Virus record (IMG/VR): IMGVR_UViG_3300017650_000002
Reading direction: 5' to 3' (one strand)
From: a virus
Taxonomy: Duplodnaviria > Heunggongvirae > Uroviricota > Caudoviricetes
DNA length: 64,000 bases
Numbering within the stretch: position 1 is the stretch's first letter; every line of letters begins with the position of its first letter. This document shows, in pieces, positions 26,133 to 33,438 of the stretch. A program made the position numbers and the translations under genes. The notes beneath the pieces were generated by a model, which did no database searches, had not been told where the DNA came from, and saw only the letters and a list, made by a program, of their open reading frames with translations.

Positions 26133-26398
26133 TTTTTACAATCCTCCTTTTTAGACTTCCAGTTTGGATTATGGCAGTGTTGATGAGCAACACCAATCCC
26201 CAGTCCTATTACACGAAGTACAAAACTCCTGTGCCACTGCCAACCATTCTTTGGCCTTCTATATAGAAGTTGAGTTGGTGCGGAGATATGAACGATATCC
26301 TGACCCTCTCCACCAAACTTCCATTCAACTTTAGGAGTCAAGAGCATAATCGTGTAGTCACCAAAATGAAATGTGTACTCCCCTTTAATAAGTTCCAT
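26129..26398 (-). CDS. hypothetical protein (89 aa)
   Basis: ORF on the - arm. Confidence 0.4.
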   Translation of the reverse strand: MELIKGEYTFHFGDYTIMLLTPKVEWKFGGEGQDIVHISAPTQLLYRRPKNGWQWHRSFVLRVIGLGIGVAHQHCHNPNWKSKKEDCKK

Positions 26399-26783
26399 TT
26401 CCCCTGCCTCCTTCTAAATAAGACTTTACACGTCTCACCACTTCTTCGTGGTACATATTGAAACAAGGAACACCAAACATCTTAGCCACTTCCCAAGCAG
26501 TCCTAGTCCCGCCAGATATAGAGCTTCCGGACGGCTTTGAGTAGCACAACAGGAATTTGGATGGAGTTTCCAAGTCCTGACCCAAAACTTGGAACACGTT
26601 GCGAGTGTGCAGTGCACGAAGGCCACGGGTTAGTTTGTCCCACGCTGGGTGAATCTCAGAAGCAATTTTTACTGCCTCGTTGTACAAATTCCCTGGCTTA
26701 GGTAAGTACATTCCTGATTTTGGATTGTGTACGTGTCCATTGAAACCATTCCAAGGTAGAAATATCTCAAATTTATCCTCCAC
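26385..26783 (-). CDS. hypothetical protein (132 aa) with LOG/SLOG-like glycine motif (SGGTRTAWEVAK)
   Basis: Motif resemblance only. Confidence 0.4.
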   Translation of the reverse strand: MEDKFEIFLPWNGFNGHVHNPKSGMYLPKPGNLYNEAVKIASEIHPAWDKLTRGLRALHTRNVFQVLGQDLETPSKFLLCYSKPSGSSISGGTRTAWEVAKMFGVPCFNMYHEEVVRRVKSYLEGGRGNGTY

Positions 26784-27065
26784 TATTCTGACACCACCCC
26801 AAAACGCAGTGTCAGCACCATCAGCGCCACCAGACCTAAGAGTCCACCCCTTGTCGTGTAGTCTAGTCGCAACTCTCCATCAGACTTAAAATCTCTTTTG
26901 GGGTTTCCCTTGCGCCAACTCCTGTGTAGTATTTCATGCCAGTAATGCCACAGAAGCTACAACTGTAATCAGAATCAGCCAGAACCACGGACCCCGAGGG
27001 TTGTATTCACCAGCCATAGGATCACCAATGTAATTTGGCGTAATCATACAAAACATATTTCCTCC

Positions 27066-27308
27066 TTATCGGACAGCAGCCTTCATGGCTTTTTTGACAA
27101 TGTAAAAGTTTTTACCGTACAGCATATCAGACCACTCCTGGGCTTTAGCCCTGTTCCTTGTTCTGAAGTATACGTTCTCATCCATAGCGTTTTTCACATA
27201 GTAGTTTGTAGGATCCTTGAACTCATCTTCACTCCACTCGTGGTATGGCACAAAGACTAAATTTTCACCAATTTGATCCAAAATTTCATCATACTTACTT
27301 TTTGACAT
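27066..27308 (-). CDS. hypothetical protein (80 aa)
   Basis: Start trimmed to MSKSKYDEIL with GGAGG RBS. Confidence 0.4.
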   Translation of the reverse strand: MSKSKYDEILDQIGENLVFVPYHEWSEDEFKDPTNYYVKNAMDENVYFRTRNRAKAQEWSDMLYGKNFYIVKKAMKAAVR

Positions 27309-27390
27309 TCTACCTCCTGTGATTGACGTGCACATCATAGCACAAAAACTTTTCATGGGCAACAAAAAGCCCGCGCAAGGCGGGCATGGG

Positions 27391-27585
27391 TTACGTAAGG
27401 TTACGAACCTTCTCAAGGGCTTCCTGGGCGTCCTCAATGAGGGTTAGAAGGGCATCCTCAGCGTCGTGGTAATGTACCAGTCCTAGGTCAACCCCAGTCA
27501 CTGTTGTTCCGGCGTCTACGACCACGCCAAATTCTACAAAATTACCCTCTACGTCCTTAGACTTCTTAATTACTAGGTTGATCAT
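27391..27585 (-). CDS. hypothetical protein (64 aa)
   Basis: Start trimmed to MINLVIKK. Confidence 0.35.
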   Translation of the reverse strand: MINLVIKKSKDVEGNFVEFGVVVDAGTTVTGVDLGLVHYHDAEDALLTLIEDAQEALEKVRNLT

Positions 27586-28207
27586 CTTGACTTCCTTTTT
27601 GTTTAGTACGTGGCTTGCGAGTTGCTTTAGCCTTTTGTTCTGGATTTGCCATAGCCTTAAGTCGAGATACAATCTCTTCCTCCATCAGGTCTAGGTCGAA
27701 GTTTTCATTTAGCAGCTTATTGATTTCCTCTTCGCTCAGGAAACCGCTGTAGACATCTCTGAATAGCTTTGAGATATATTTGTCGTTAAATTCTGTCCAA
27801 GACTTAACGCTACTCATGTGTCCGCCAGCGCCATAAGATGCACCATGTACCATCATGGATGAGTTTGGCATGACAACAAACTGTTTGTTGGCTAGAAACA
27901 GCATTGTGGCTGCACTAGCAGAATATGATTCGAGAATTCCTACAGTTTCTGCTGGGGTATTCTTAATGGCATTGTAAATTGGAAGAGCTACATCAAGTCT
28001 TCCTCCTGGACATCCAATAAACCGGAATAGAAAGATGTCGTCTTCCGAGGACGTTTGAAGCAACGACAGCAGACCAGTGTAATCCCTTGCATTAATTATC
28101 GCACTGTCGAAATACACTGTGTAGGTGTTGCTGACGTTTTGTTCTTTTGAAATCATGATTGGATCAGACATCCTCTCATCCTCTGTATCGTCACTGACTC
28201 TTTTCAT
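27566..28207 (-). CDS. ClpP-family serine peptidase
   Basis: ClpP-like core GGRLDVALPIYNAI...ESYSASAATMLFLA...MMVHGAS; AGGAGGA RBS before MKRVSDD. Confidence 0.5.
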   Translation of the reverse strand: MKRVSDDTEDERMSDPIMISKEQNVSNTYTVYFDSAIINARDYTGLLSLLQTSSEDDIFLFRFIGCPGGRLDVALPIYNAIKNTPAETVGILESYSASAATMLFLANKQFVVMPNSSMMVHGASYGAGGHMSSVKSWTEFNDKYISKLFRDVYSGFLSEEEINKLLNENFDLDLMEEEIVSRLKAMANPEQKAKATRKPRTKQKGSQDDQPSN

Positions 28208-28958
28208 TCTTATCCTCCTGCTCAAAAGCTTTAATCCACTCACGGACAATACCATGACGGACAATATCACTGTATTCATCAAAATCTACATATCCAGCAC
28301 CGATACTTGGATGTGATTGTGAGATTTCAATCAGTTTTCTCAGCCCGCTGCCAGCCTCTAGCTCGCTCTGAGTAATATCCCCGCACAACACCATTGTTGA
28401 ATTCTTTCCTTGACGGGTTACGAGCTTCTTAGCATCCTTGAAGTTTAGGTCTTCAGCTTCATCGCAGATGATGAAGGCATCAGATAGGGAATAACCCTTG
28501 ATAACTTCCATAGGTACAAATTCGATAACACCCGATTCAATGTAGAGTTCCGTAACATTCTTTCCGAGATATTCATACATGACACTCAGCACAGGACCTA
28601 GCCAAGGTTGCATCTTTTCGACTAAAGTACCCTTAAAAGCCCCTAGGGACTTCGTGTTTGACACGTTAGGCCTTGTCAGGTATATCTTCTTAATTTCCCC
28701 CATCCTGAGCTTTCGGCACGCGATAGCTGTTGGAATGTAAGTCTTTGACGTACCTGCATACCCCGTAGCAAACACCAAATCTTTGGTATTTACCAAATTA
28801 ATGTAGGCTTTCTGCTTTGGTGTCATAGCCTGTAGCACAGGTAGGTTACTCTCCCTATTCTCCATGTGTTTTCCAGAAACAACAGGAGAAGACTTGTCCT
28901 TTCTGTTCCTCGTAGTACGTTCTTCCATGAACTGCCTCTTACCATTTCTACGTGCCAT
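28191..28958 (-). CDS. phoH: PhoH-like ATPase
   Basis: Walker A GYAGTSKTY, Walker B ICDEAEDL, LCGDITQ motif; GAGGAGGAAG RBS. Confidence 0.65.
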   Translation of the reverse strand: MARRNGKRQFMEERTTRNRKDKSSPVVSGKHMENRESNLPVLQAMTPKQKAYINLVNTKDLVFATGYAGTSKTYIPTAIACRKLRMGEIKKIYLTRPNVSNTKSLGAFKGTLVEKMQPWLGPVLSVMYEYLGKNVTELYIESGVIEFVPMEVIKGYSLSDAFIICDEAEDLNFKDAKKLVTRQGKNSTMVLCGDITQSELEAGSGLRKLIEISQSHPSIGAGYVDFDEYSDIVRHGIVREWIKAFEQEDKNEKSQ

Positions 28959-29101
28959 ACTTCCTCCTCTTGAGCAACTTATACCTAAGTATACCATGGC
29001 ACACAAGCAACGTCAATACCTGTGAAATATTACGTAAGTATATGAAATAAAAGGAAATAAATAGGAAAGGGAAAGAAAAGAAAAATAATTGTTTTACCCT
29101 A

Positions 29102-29130
29102 TTGACAAATGGAGAAACTAGTGTATAATT
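29102..29130 (+). promoter_or_regulatory. strong sigma70 promoter: -35 TTGACA, 16-nt spacer, extended -10 TGTATAAT
   Basis: Read directly. Confidence 0.6.
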
Positions 29131-29143
29131 AATCTTTAATATT

Positions 29144-29183
29144 TAATATATACTAATATATACTAATATATACTAATATATAC
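29144..29183. repeat. tandem repeat (TAATATATAC)x4
   Basis: Four perfect 10-bp units. Confidence 0.9.
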
Positions 29184-29315
29184 TAGTATTTCTTTTATTT
29201 ATTAAGCTCTATTATGTTTTTATATACATAGATAGTATTACTTAAGAAATAATATCTATGCATTAAGATTGTTTTATTCTTATGTAACAGTTTCTCATAA
29301 GAAAGATGTAAGGTG

Positions 29316-29344
29316 TTGACAAACTGTCCTACACATGATATACT
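29316..29344 (+). promoter_or_regulatory. sigma70 promoter: -35 TTGACA, 17-nt spacer, -10 TATACT, directly upstream of gene 29368
   Basis: Read directly; AAGGAAA RBS follows. Confidence 0.55.
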
Positions 29345-29367
29345 TATCCCATAAGTAAGGAAATACT

Positions 29368-30192
29368 ATGCCTTTGATAGTGCTAGATACCCAGGATTGG
29401 GTAGATGTTGCAGAATTTACAGGAATTCCTCTGACCCAGGATATGGTGCTAAGGAATTACGGAAGTCAATCAATCCTCGTTAAGGTTTCATCATCTAAGC
29501 CAACAACACAGGATGGCTACCCAGTTATGTCTGGTGAGGTTGTCTCAGTGCGGAACCTTCAAGTGAAGGTGTGGGCAAAGGGAACTACTGGAGTTAAGGT
29601 CTGGGTTGAAGATCAAGATTCAAATCCAATTTCCCAGTACAACATGGTAGGCTTGCAGACAGACCTTATCACAGGGTCTGGTGAGGACGTACTAGGTACG
29701 AAGAGGATTAGAGTTGACCAGGGACAAACATCCTTCTGGCAGGGAAGGCAATTCCGTACTTTTCAGGAGTTGAATATACCAGCAGGGACTAGTCATACGA
29801 TTCGGATAACAGTAGGGGTAAATACAATCCTTAAGTTTTTATCCTTAAACGTGTTGACAGGAGATGCAAAACTATCCATAATAGGTTCTGGGGTTTCTGG
29901 TGGTACATATTCTACTATATTACCTGTCATAAGAAAAAATTCAATGACAGTAACTCCGAATGTACTATCGCAGAATATGATAGTATCAGGAGGTACAGTT
30001 ACAGGAGGGACTTTGCTGGACGTTATACGAGTTGTCGCAGCAGAGGGGCAAGGAAATAGAAAAGAGGCTTCAGTTGGGGATGTGCAGGATGATGAAAGGG
30101 CTGTTGGCCCTGGAATCTTTTTCTACAAGATTGAAGTCATAGGCTCAGTTCCGGTAACAGGGGTTATAAACCTCTTCTGGGAAGAGCGATGA
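29368..30192 (+). CDS. hypothetical protein (274 aa), Gly/Thr/Val-rich, possibly virion-associated
   Basis: First gene of the rightward arm; beta-rich composition; no recognisable motif. Confidence 0.5.
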   Translation: MPLIVLDTQDWVDVAEFTGIPLTQDMVLRNYGSQSILVKVSSSKPTTQDGYPVMSGEVVSVRNLQVKVWAKGTTGVKVWVEDQDSNPISQYNMVGLQTDLITGSGEDVLGTKRIRVDQGQTSFWQGRQFRTFQELNIPAGTSHTIRITVGVNTILKFLSLNVLTGDAKLSIIGSGVSGGTYSTILPVIRKNSMTVTPNVLSQNMIVSGGTVTGGTLLDVIRVVAAEGQGNRKEASVGDVQDDERAVGPGIFFYKIEVIGSVPVTGVINLFWEER

Positions 30193-30287
30193 TTTGGGTG
30201 CTGGTGGTTCTCCTCCTTTCCATCGGCATCCTCCTAACTCGGGGTTAGTCGCCCAAGAGTGGACACCGAGGTACAGAGGTATAGGGA

Positions 30288-30316
30288 GTGACTTCCCAGG
30301 AAGTATGTGCTATAAT
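30288..30316 (+). promoter_or_regulatory. sigma70-like promoter: -35 GTGACT, 17-nt spacer, -10 TATAAT, upstream of the tRNA/HNH block
   Basis: Read directly. Confidence 0.45.
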
Positions 30317-30469
30317 GGTCGTAAGTAAAGTTCACTAGTCAGATAGTCTACCAAAGCTGACACAATTCCTTGGTAGCCAAGTTGGTAAGGCAGCACACTG
30401 TTAATGTGCCTACGCGCTAGTTTGGTCCTGGACCAAGATGGAATCTTTAATCAAACCTGGGGGCTATAG

Positions 30470-30856
30470 TTGTCAAAAAGTAAAAAGGACCTCCAACTTG
30501 GAATGAGTGTAAGTACAGCGCAGTCTAGGCTCCTAAGGGATATATTGTGGTCCCTAGTCGTGGAGACTGGTAGAAATTACTGCTGCAAGTGCAAAGAAGT
30601 TATGGATAGGAATACGTTTTCTATTGAGCATATAAAGCCGTGGCTGGACAGTGAGGATCCAGTTGGTTTATTTTACGACCTAGAAAATATATCGTTCTCC
30701 CACTTAACCTGCAACATATCCAATGCCAGAAGGGTTGTGGTATACAGAAAAGGCCAGGAAAGAGACAATAGAACAAAAGAACTAAACAGGTTGAGTAAGA
30801 GAAGAAACTACTGTCCAGACAAGAGAAGAGAAAAATATCTCCTGACGGGTAAGTAA
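30470..30856 (+). CDS. small HNH endonuclease
   Basis: CCKCKEV ... SIEHIKP ... SFSHLTCN (HNH Cys/His/Asn pattern). Confidence 0.5.
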   Translation: MSKSKKDLQLGMSVSTAQSRLLRDILWSLVVETGRNYCCKCKEVMDRNTFSIEHIKPWLDSEDPVGLFYDLENISFSHLTCNISNARRVVVYRKGQERDNRTKELNRLSKRRNYCPDKRREKYLLTGK

Positions 30857-30881
30857 ATCTAGCCCAGGGAGCCAAAATTAA

Positions 30882-30957
30882 TGCGGGAGGGAGGCAAGGT
30901 GTTCTCACGACTCTCATAAGGTCGCCTAGCTGGGTTCGATTCCCAGTCCCGCAACCA
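30882..30957 (+). tRNA. tRNA-Met/Ile2 (anticodon CAU)
   Basis: Manual cloverleaf: acceptor TGCGGGA/TCCCGCA, D GAGG/TCTC, anticodon stem CGACT/GGTCG with loop CTCATAA, T-arm CTGGG-TTCGATT-CCCAG, encoded CCA. Confidence 0.6.
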
Positions 30958-31211
30958 GCGTTGCTCTGGGAAATCCCATCCGGGTTAGTACAATCGTCAG
31001 AGCTAGGAAATCAGCAAACACCGGTAGTGCTGAGGACGACAATAGCTTCCGGGAAGCTCTAGTAATGCCGATTTGTCTTAGTGGCGTTCCTGCTTCACTT
31101 TGAACGACAGTACTAGAGTTAGGGCAGGGTCTTTAAGGCACAGGATCAGTGCTAAAGCCCTCTTCCTCCAGGATAGAGCCTAATAGGCCCCCGGAATAGG
31201 GGCAAGAATTT

Positions 31212-31285
31212 GCAGGTAAGCACAAGGTGTGCCGCAGGCCTTCCAAGCCTCGCAGAGTACGGTTCGATTCCGTCTACCCGCTCCA
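31212..31285 (+). tRNA. tRNA-like sequence, possibly tRNA-Gly(UCC), with non-canonical short D-arm (may be degenerate)
   Basis: Good T-arm (GGTTCGATTCC) and CCA; anticodon loop CTTCCAA; acceptor 6/7 paired; D-loop only 3 nt. Confidence 0.3.
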
Positions 31286-31292
31286 TTTTAAA

Positions 31293-31368
31293 GCTGTTGT
31301 AGCTCAGTTGGCAGAGCGCTTCACTTGTAATGAAGATGTCGTGAGTTCGATTCTTACCAACAGCACCA
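31293..31368 (+). tRNA. tRNA-Thr (anticodon UGU)
   Basis: Perfect cloverleaf: acceptor GCTGTTG/CAACAGC, D GCTC-AGTTGGCA-GAGC, anticodon stem CTTCA/TGAAG with loop CTTGTAA, T-arm GTGAG-TTCGATT-CTTAC, CCA. Confidence 0.85.
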
Positions 31369-31382
31369 GATAAGGAACTACA

Positions 31383-32039
31383 ATGGCTAAGCCAAAAAAT
31401 AAGTGGGAAGAAGGCCAGATGTTGGAGCTTATTGGGTTTGACCATTTTTACGTAAAACCTTCTGATGGCAAGAAGGAAAAACGGTTTAAATTCCTGTGCC
31501 ATTGTGGAAATACTGTGGTGACTTCAAAGAGAAAGGTTGAGACAGGTCACACAAAATCATGCGGATGCCTTAAGGTGACTCATGGTATGAAGAGCCATGA
31601 ACTGTATAATGTGTGGAACCTTATGCATCAAAGGTGCAAAAATACTAAATTTAGTAAGTACAAGAACTATGGAGGCCGTGGCATACGTGTGTGCGACGAG
31701 TGGAGTAATCCAATAACAGGATTTAGTTCATTCCTTTCCCACGTAGGAGAAAGGCCAGGGGATGAATATACACTGGAACGTGTCGATGTTGACGGGGACT
31801 ACTGTCCTGGAAATGTGGCGTGGACAAATGATAACTCCTTACAAGTCTTTAATCAGACTGTTAGGGAAAATAACACCTCAGGTAAAACTGGGGTGAGTTA
31901 CGACAAGTCTTGCGGTAAGTGGTGTGCCACAATTAGCAAGGGAGGTATCTCAAAGAAGCGTAAGTTTTCTACTTTCGATCTTGCCTCTGAACAGAGGGAT
32001 GCCTGGGAAATCGAATTTTATGGATTTTTAAAGAAATGA
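31383..32039 (+). CDS. homing-endonuclease-like protein (Zn-finger N-term + HNH_3-like + AP2 domain)
   Basis: LYNVWNLMHQRCKN...YGGRGIRVCDEW...ERVDVDGDYCPGNVAWTN and AP2-like GKTGVSYDKSCGKWCATISKGG...FSTFDLASEQRDAW; starts 15 nt after tRNA-Thr. Confidence 0.6.
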   Translation: MAKPKNKWEEGQMLELIGFDHFYVKPSDGKKEKRFKFLCHCGNTVVTSKRKVETGHTKSCGCLKVTHGMKSHELYNVWNLMHQRCKNTKFSKYKNYGGRGIRVCDEWSNPITGFSSFLSHVGERPGDEYTLERVDVDGDYCPGNVAWTNDNSLQVFNQTVRENNTSGKTGVSYDKSCGKWCATISKGGISKKRKFSTFDLASEQRDAWEIEFYGFLKK

Positions 32040-32455
32040 CACAACAGAATTCATCGTGGGTAAAGGGAGGAGGGTCCCCAAATCCTTCAGGAAGGCCTCC
32101 AGGCCAAATTAGTAAGCCTATTTCTCCTCTCCGTAAGACTTTGAACAAGCTGAAGGAGCTAGAAGATCAGGCCCTAGAGAATATCTCTGCTGTAGTGAAT
32201 GGGACAAAAATTGTCCTGGATGGCAAGGAAGAGGAAGTGGATAAGCAGAAGCTTGAAACTTCTAAGTGGGTAGTAGGCTCAATTGCCTCCCTAACTCGTG
32301 CTGCACTACAAGATGAGGAACTACGTCTGAAGATCAAGATGGGAAATCTGGAACCAAGCCCAGATAGTCCAACATCAAAACAAGAGGACGAGGATGAAGG
32401 AAAAGAAGTTAAGGCTTCATTCTCCCTGTCTCTTGTAAAAGACACGAAAGAGTAA
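32036..32455 (+). CDS. DUF5681-like protein (possible small terminase-like subunit), low-complexity acidic C-terminus
   Basis: N-terminal WVKGGGSPNPSGRP resembles the WxxGQSGNPxGRP signature of DUF5681 proteins that accompany large terminases; ATGA overlap with the upstream endonuclease gene. Confidence 0.4.
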   Translation: MTQQNSSWVKGGGSPNPSGRPPGQISKPISPLRKTLNKLKELEDQALENISAVVNGTKIVLDGKEEEVDKQKLETSKWVVGSIASLTRAALQDEELRLKIKMGNLEPSPDSPTSKQEDEDEGKEVKASFSLSLVKDTKE

Positions 32456-32532
32456 CTATCCGTAGGAAAGTCAGGTAATCCACTTCATTTGGAATGAAGA
32501 GACCGCTGGATCGAAGCCAGCCGGGTAGACCA
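32456..32532 (+). tRNA. tRNA-Pro (anticodon UGG)
   Basis: Acceptor CTATCCG/CGGGTAG, U8A9, anticodon stem CTTCA/TGAAG with loop TTTGGAA, T-arm GCTGG-ATCGAAG-CCAGC (A at position 54 is unusual), CCA. Confidence 0.6.
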
Positions 32533-32537
32533 TATAT

Positions 32538-32620
32538 GGGCGAGTGGTGTAATGGTAGCCACGGTGGTCTTAGAAGCCACTGCTTTTAGCGTGTCAGTTC
32601 GAGTCTGACCTTGCCCACCA
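32538..32620 (+). tRNA. tRNA-Leu (anticodon UAG), class II with long variable arm
   Basis: Acceptor GGGCGAG/CTTGCCC, anticodon stem GTGGT/GCCAC with loop CTTAGAA, 12-nt variable arm with GCT/AGC stem, T-arm GTCAG-TTCGAGT-CTGAC, CCA. Confidence 0.75.
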
Positions 32621-32626
32621 AAATAA

Positions 32627-32702
32627 GTTGCTATCGTCTAAAGGTTAGGACTACAGGTTTTCAACCTGTCAATCGCGGGTTCAAGTCCCCGTGGCAACTC
32701 CA
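32627..32702 (+). tRNA. tRNA-Glu (anticodon UUC)
   Basis: Acceptor GTTGCTA/TGGCAAC, D GTCT/GGAC, anticodon stem ACAGG/CCTGT with loop TTTTCAA, CCA; the T-stem has only 3 clean pairs (GCGGG/CCCCG). Confidence 0.55.
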
Positions 32703-33095
32703 AATATAGCTTCAGAGTGTTAAAGGACACACGCATACCTGTCACGTATGAATGAGGGGATCGTTACCCCTTGAGGCTGCCAAGATATCCGGCTTTAGTC
32801 CGGTTGAATTCACCTGGACCGTTATAGCTGCGGCTATTTCCAGGCGAGACAGATGATTCGCTACCGTCTGTCTCACTGCTAGGCCCGTTGGGACTCTTCC
32901 CTTATTGGGCCATCCGCTACCTGAGAGTAGCAGCCTCGTGCAATGCGAGGCTTAACACGAAGCTGGTAATCGTGGTGTGGAGAGGATGTCACTTTATGGA
33001 CATCGGCGGCTAGGGCAGGCAGAGTGGCCCTAGCCTAATACAACACGGTGGAGGAATCCTTAGGGATGTCCTCCATTCTTTATTTGAGGATCAAT

Positions 33096-33437
33096 ATGAA
33101 AGTTTACGAGATTTCAACGGTGCAGGCAGTAGAGTTTGCAGATGCACTCCTACAGTTCGGTAAGGTTGGTGCTAAACTGGAAGTGGCCTACAAGGGACAA
33201 CTTCTACGTGCAAGGGTTGCTGTTGAAGATGATGCTGAGGTTCCAAGCCTTCGTTGCATTCGACTTGCAGCAGGACAGCCTGTGGAAGAAAAGAAGAATA
33301 CATTCCAAACTACTCTTGTTGATGAGAAACTGACACGAGAGCAGCTAGAAGTTATGAGCCTGGGTGAGGTACGGAAGGCTACAGGTATTTCCAAGGGCGG
33401 AAAGGAAGAAGTTATTAAGCAATACCTAGGAGAGTAA
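33096..33437 (+). CDS. hypothetical protein (113 aa) upstream of the large terminase; possible DNA-binding/small-terminase-like
   Basis: Start MKVYEIST with GAGGA RBS; C-terminal helix-extension-helix-like segment (LTREQLEVMSLGEVRKATGISKGGKEEVIKQY). Confidence 0.4.
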   Translation: MKVYEISTVQAVEFADALLQFGKVGAKLEVAYKGQLLRARVAVEDDAEVPSLRCIRLAAGQPVEEKKNTFQTTLVDEKLTREQLEVMSLGEVRKATGISKGGKEEVIKQYLGE

Positions 33438-33438
33438 C

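Larger units (their letters stand above)
29007..29367. promoter_or_regulatory. divergent AT-rich regulatory hub between the - arm and the + structural arm; candidate origin region
   Basis: ORF-free, very AT-rich, contains two near-consensus promoters and a 4x10-bp tandem repeat. Confidence 0.5.

Noticed and set aside
29144-29183. Possibility that the 10-bp tandem repeats are a CRISPR array
   Set aside because: Units are only 10 bp, directly abutting with no spacers, and AT-only. This is a simple tandem repeat, not CRISPR.
30372-30447. tRNA-Asn(GUU)-like sequence (good D-arm TAGCCAAGTTGGTAAGGC and anticodon stem-loop GCACA-CTGTTAA-TGTGC)
   Set aside because: No foldable T-arm (TGGTCCTGGACCA is a loopless palindrome) and the acceptor stem has 2 mismatches with no CCA. 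Interpreted as a decayed tRNA pseudogene rather than a gene.
31152-31502. 116-aa minus-strand ORF
   Set aside because: It would run through tRNA-Thr, the Gly-like tRNA and the start of the AP2-HNH gene; spurious.
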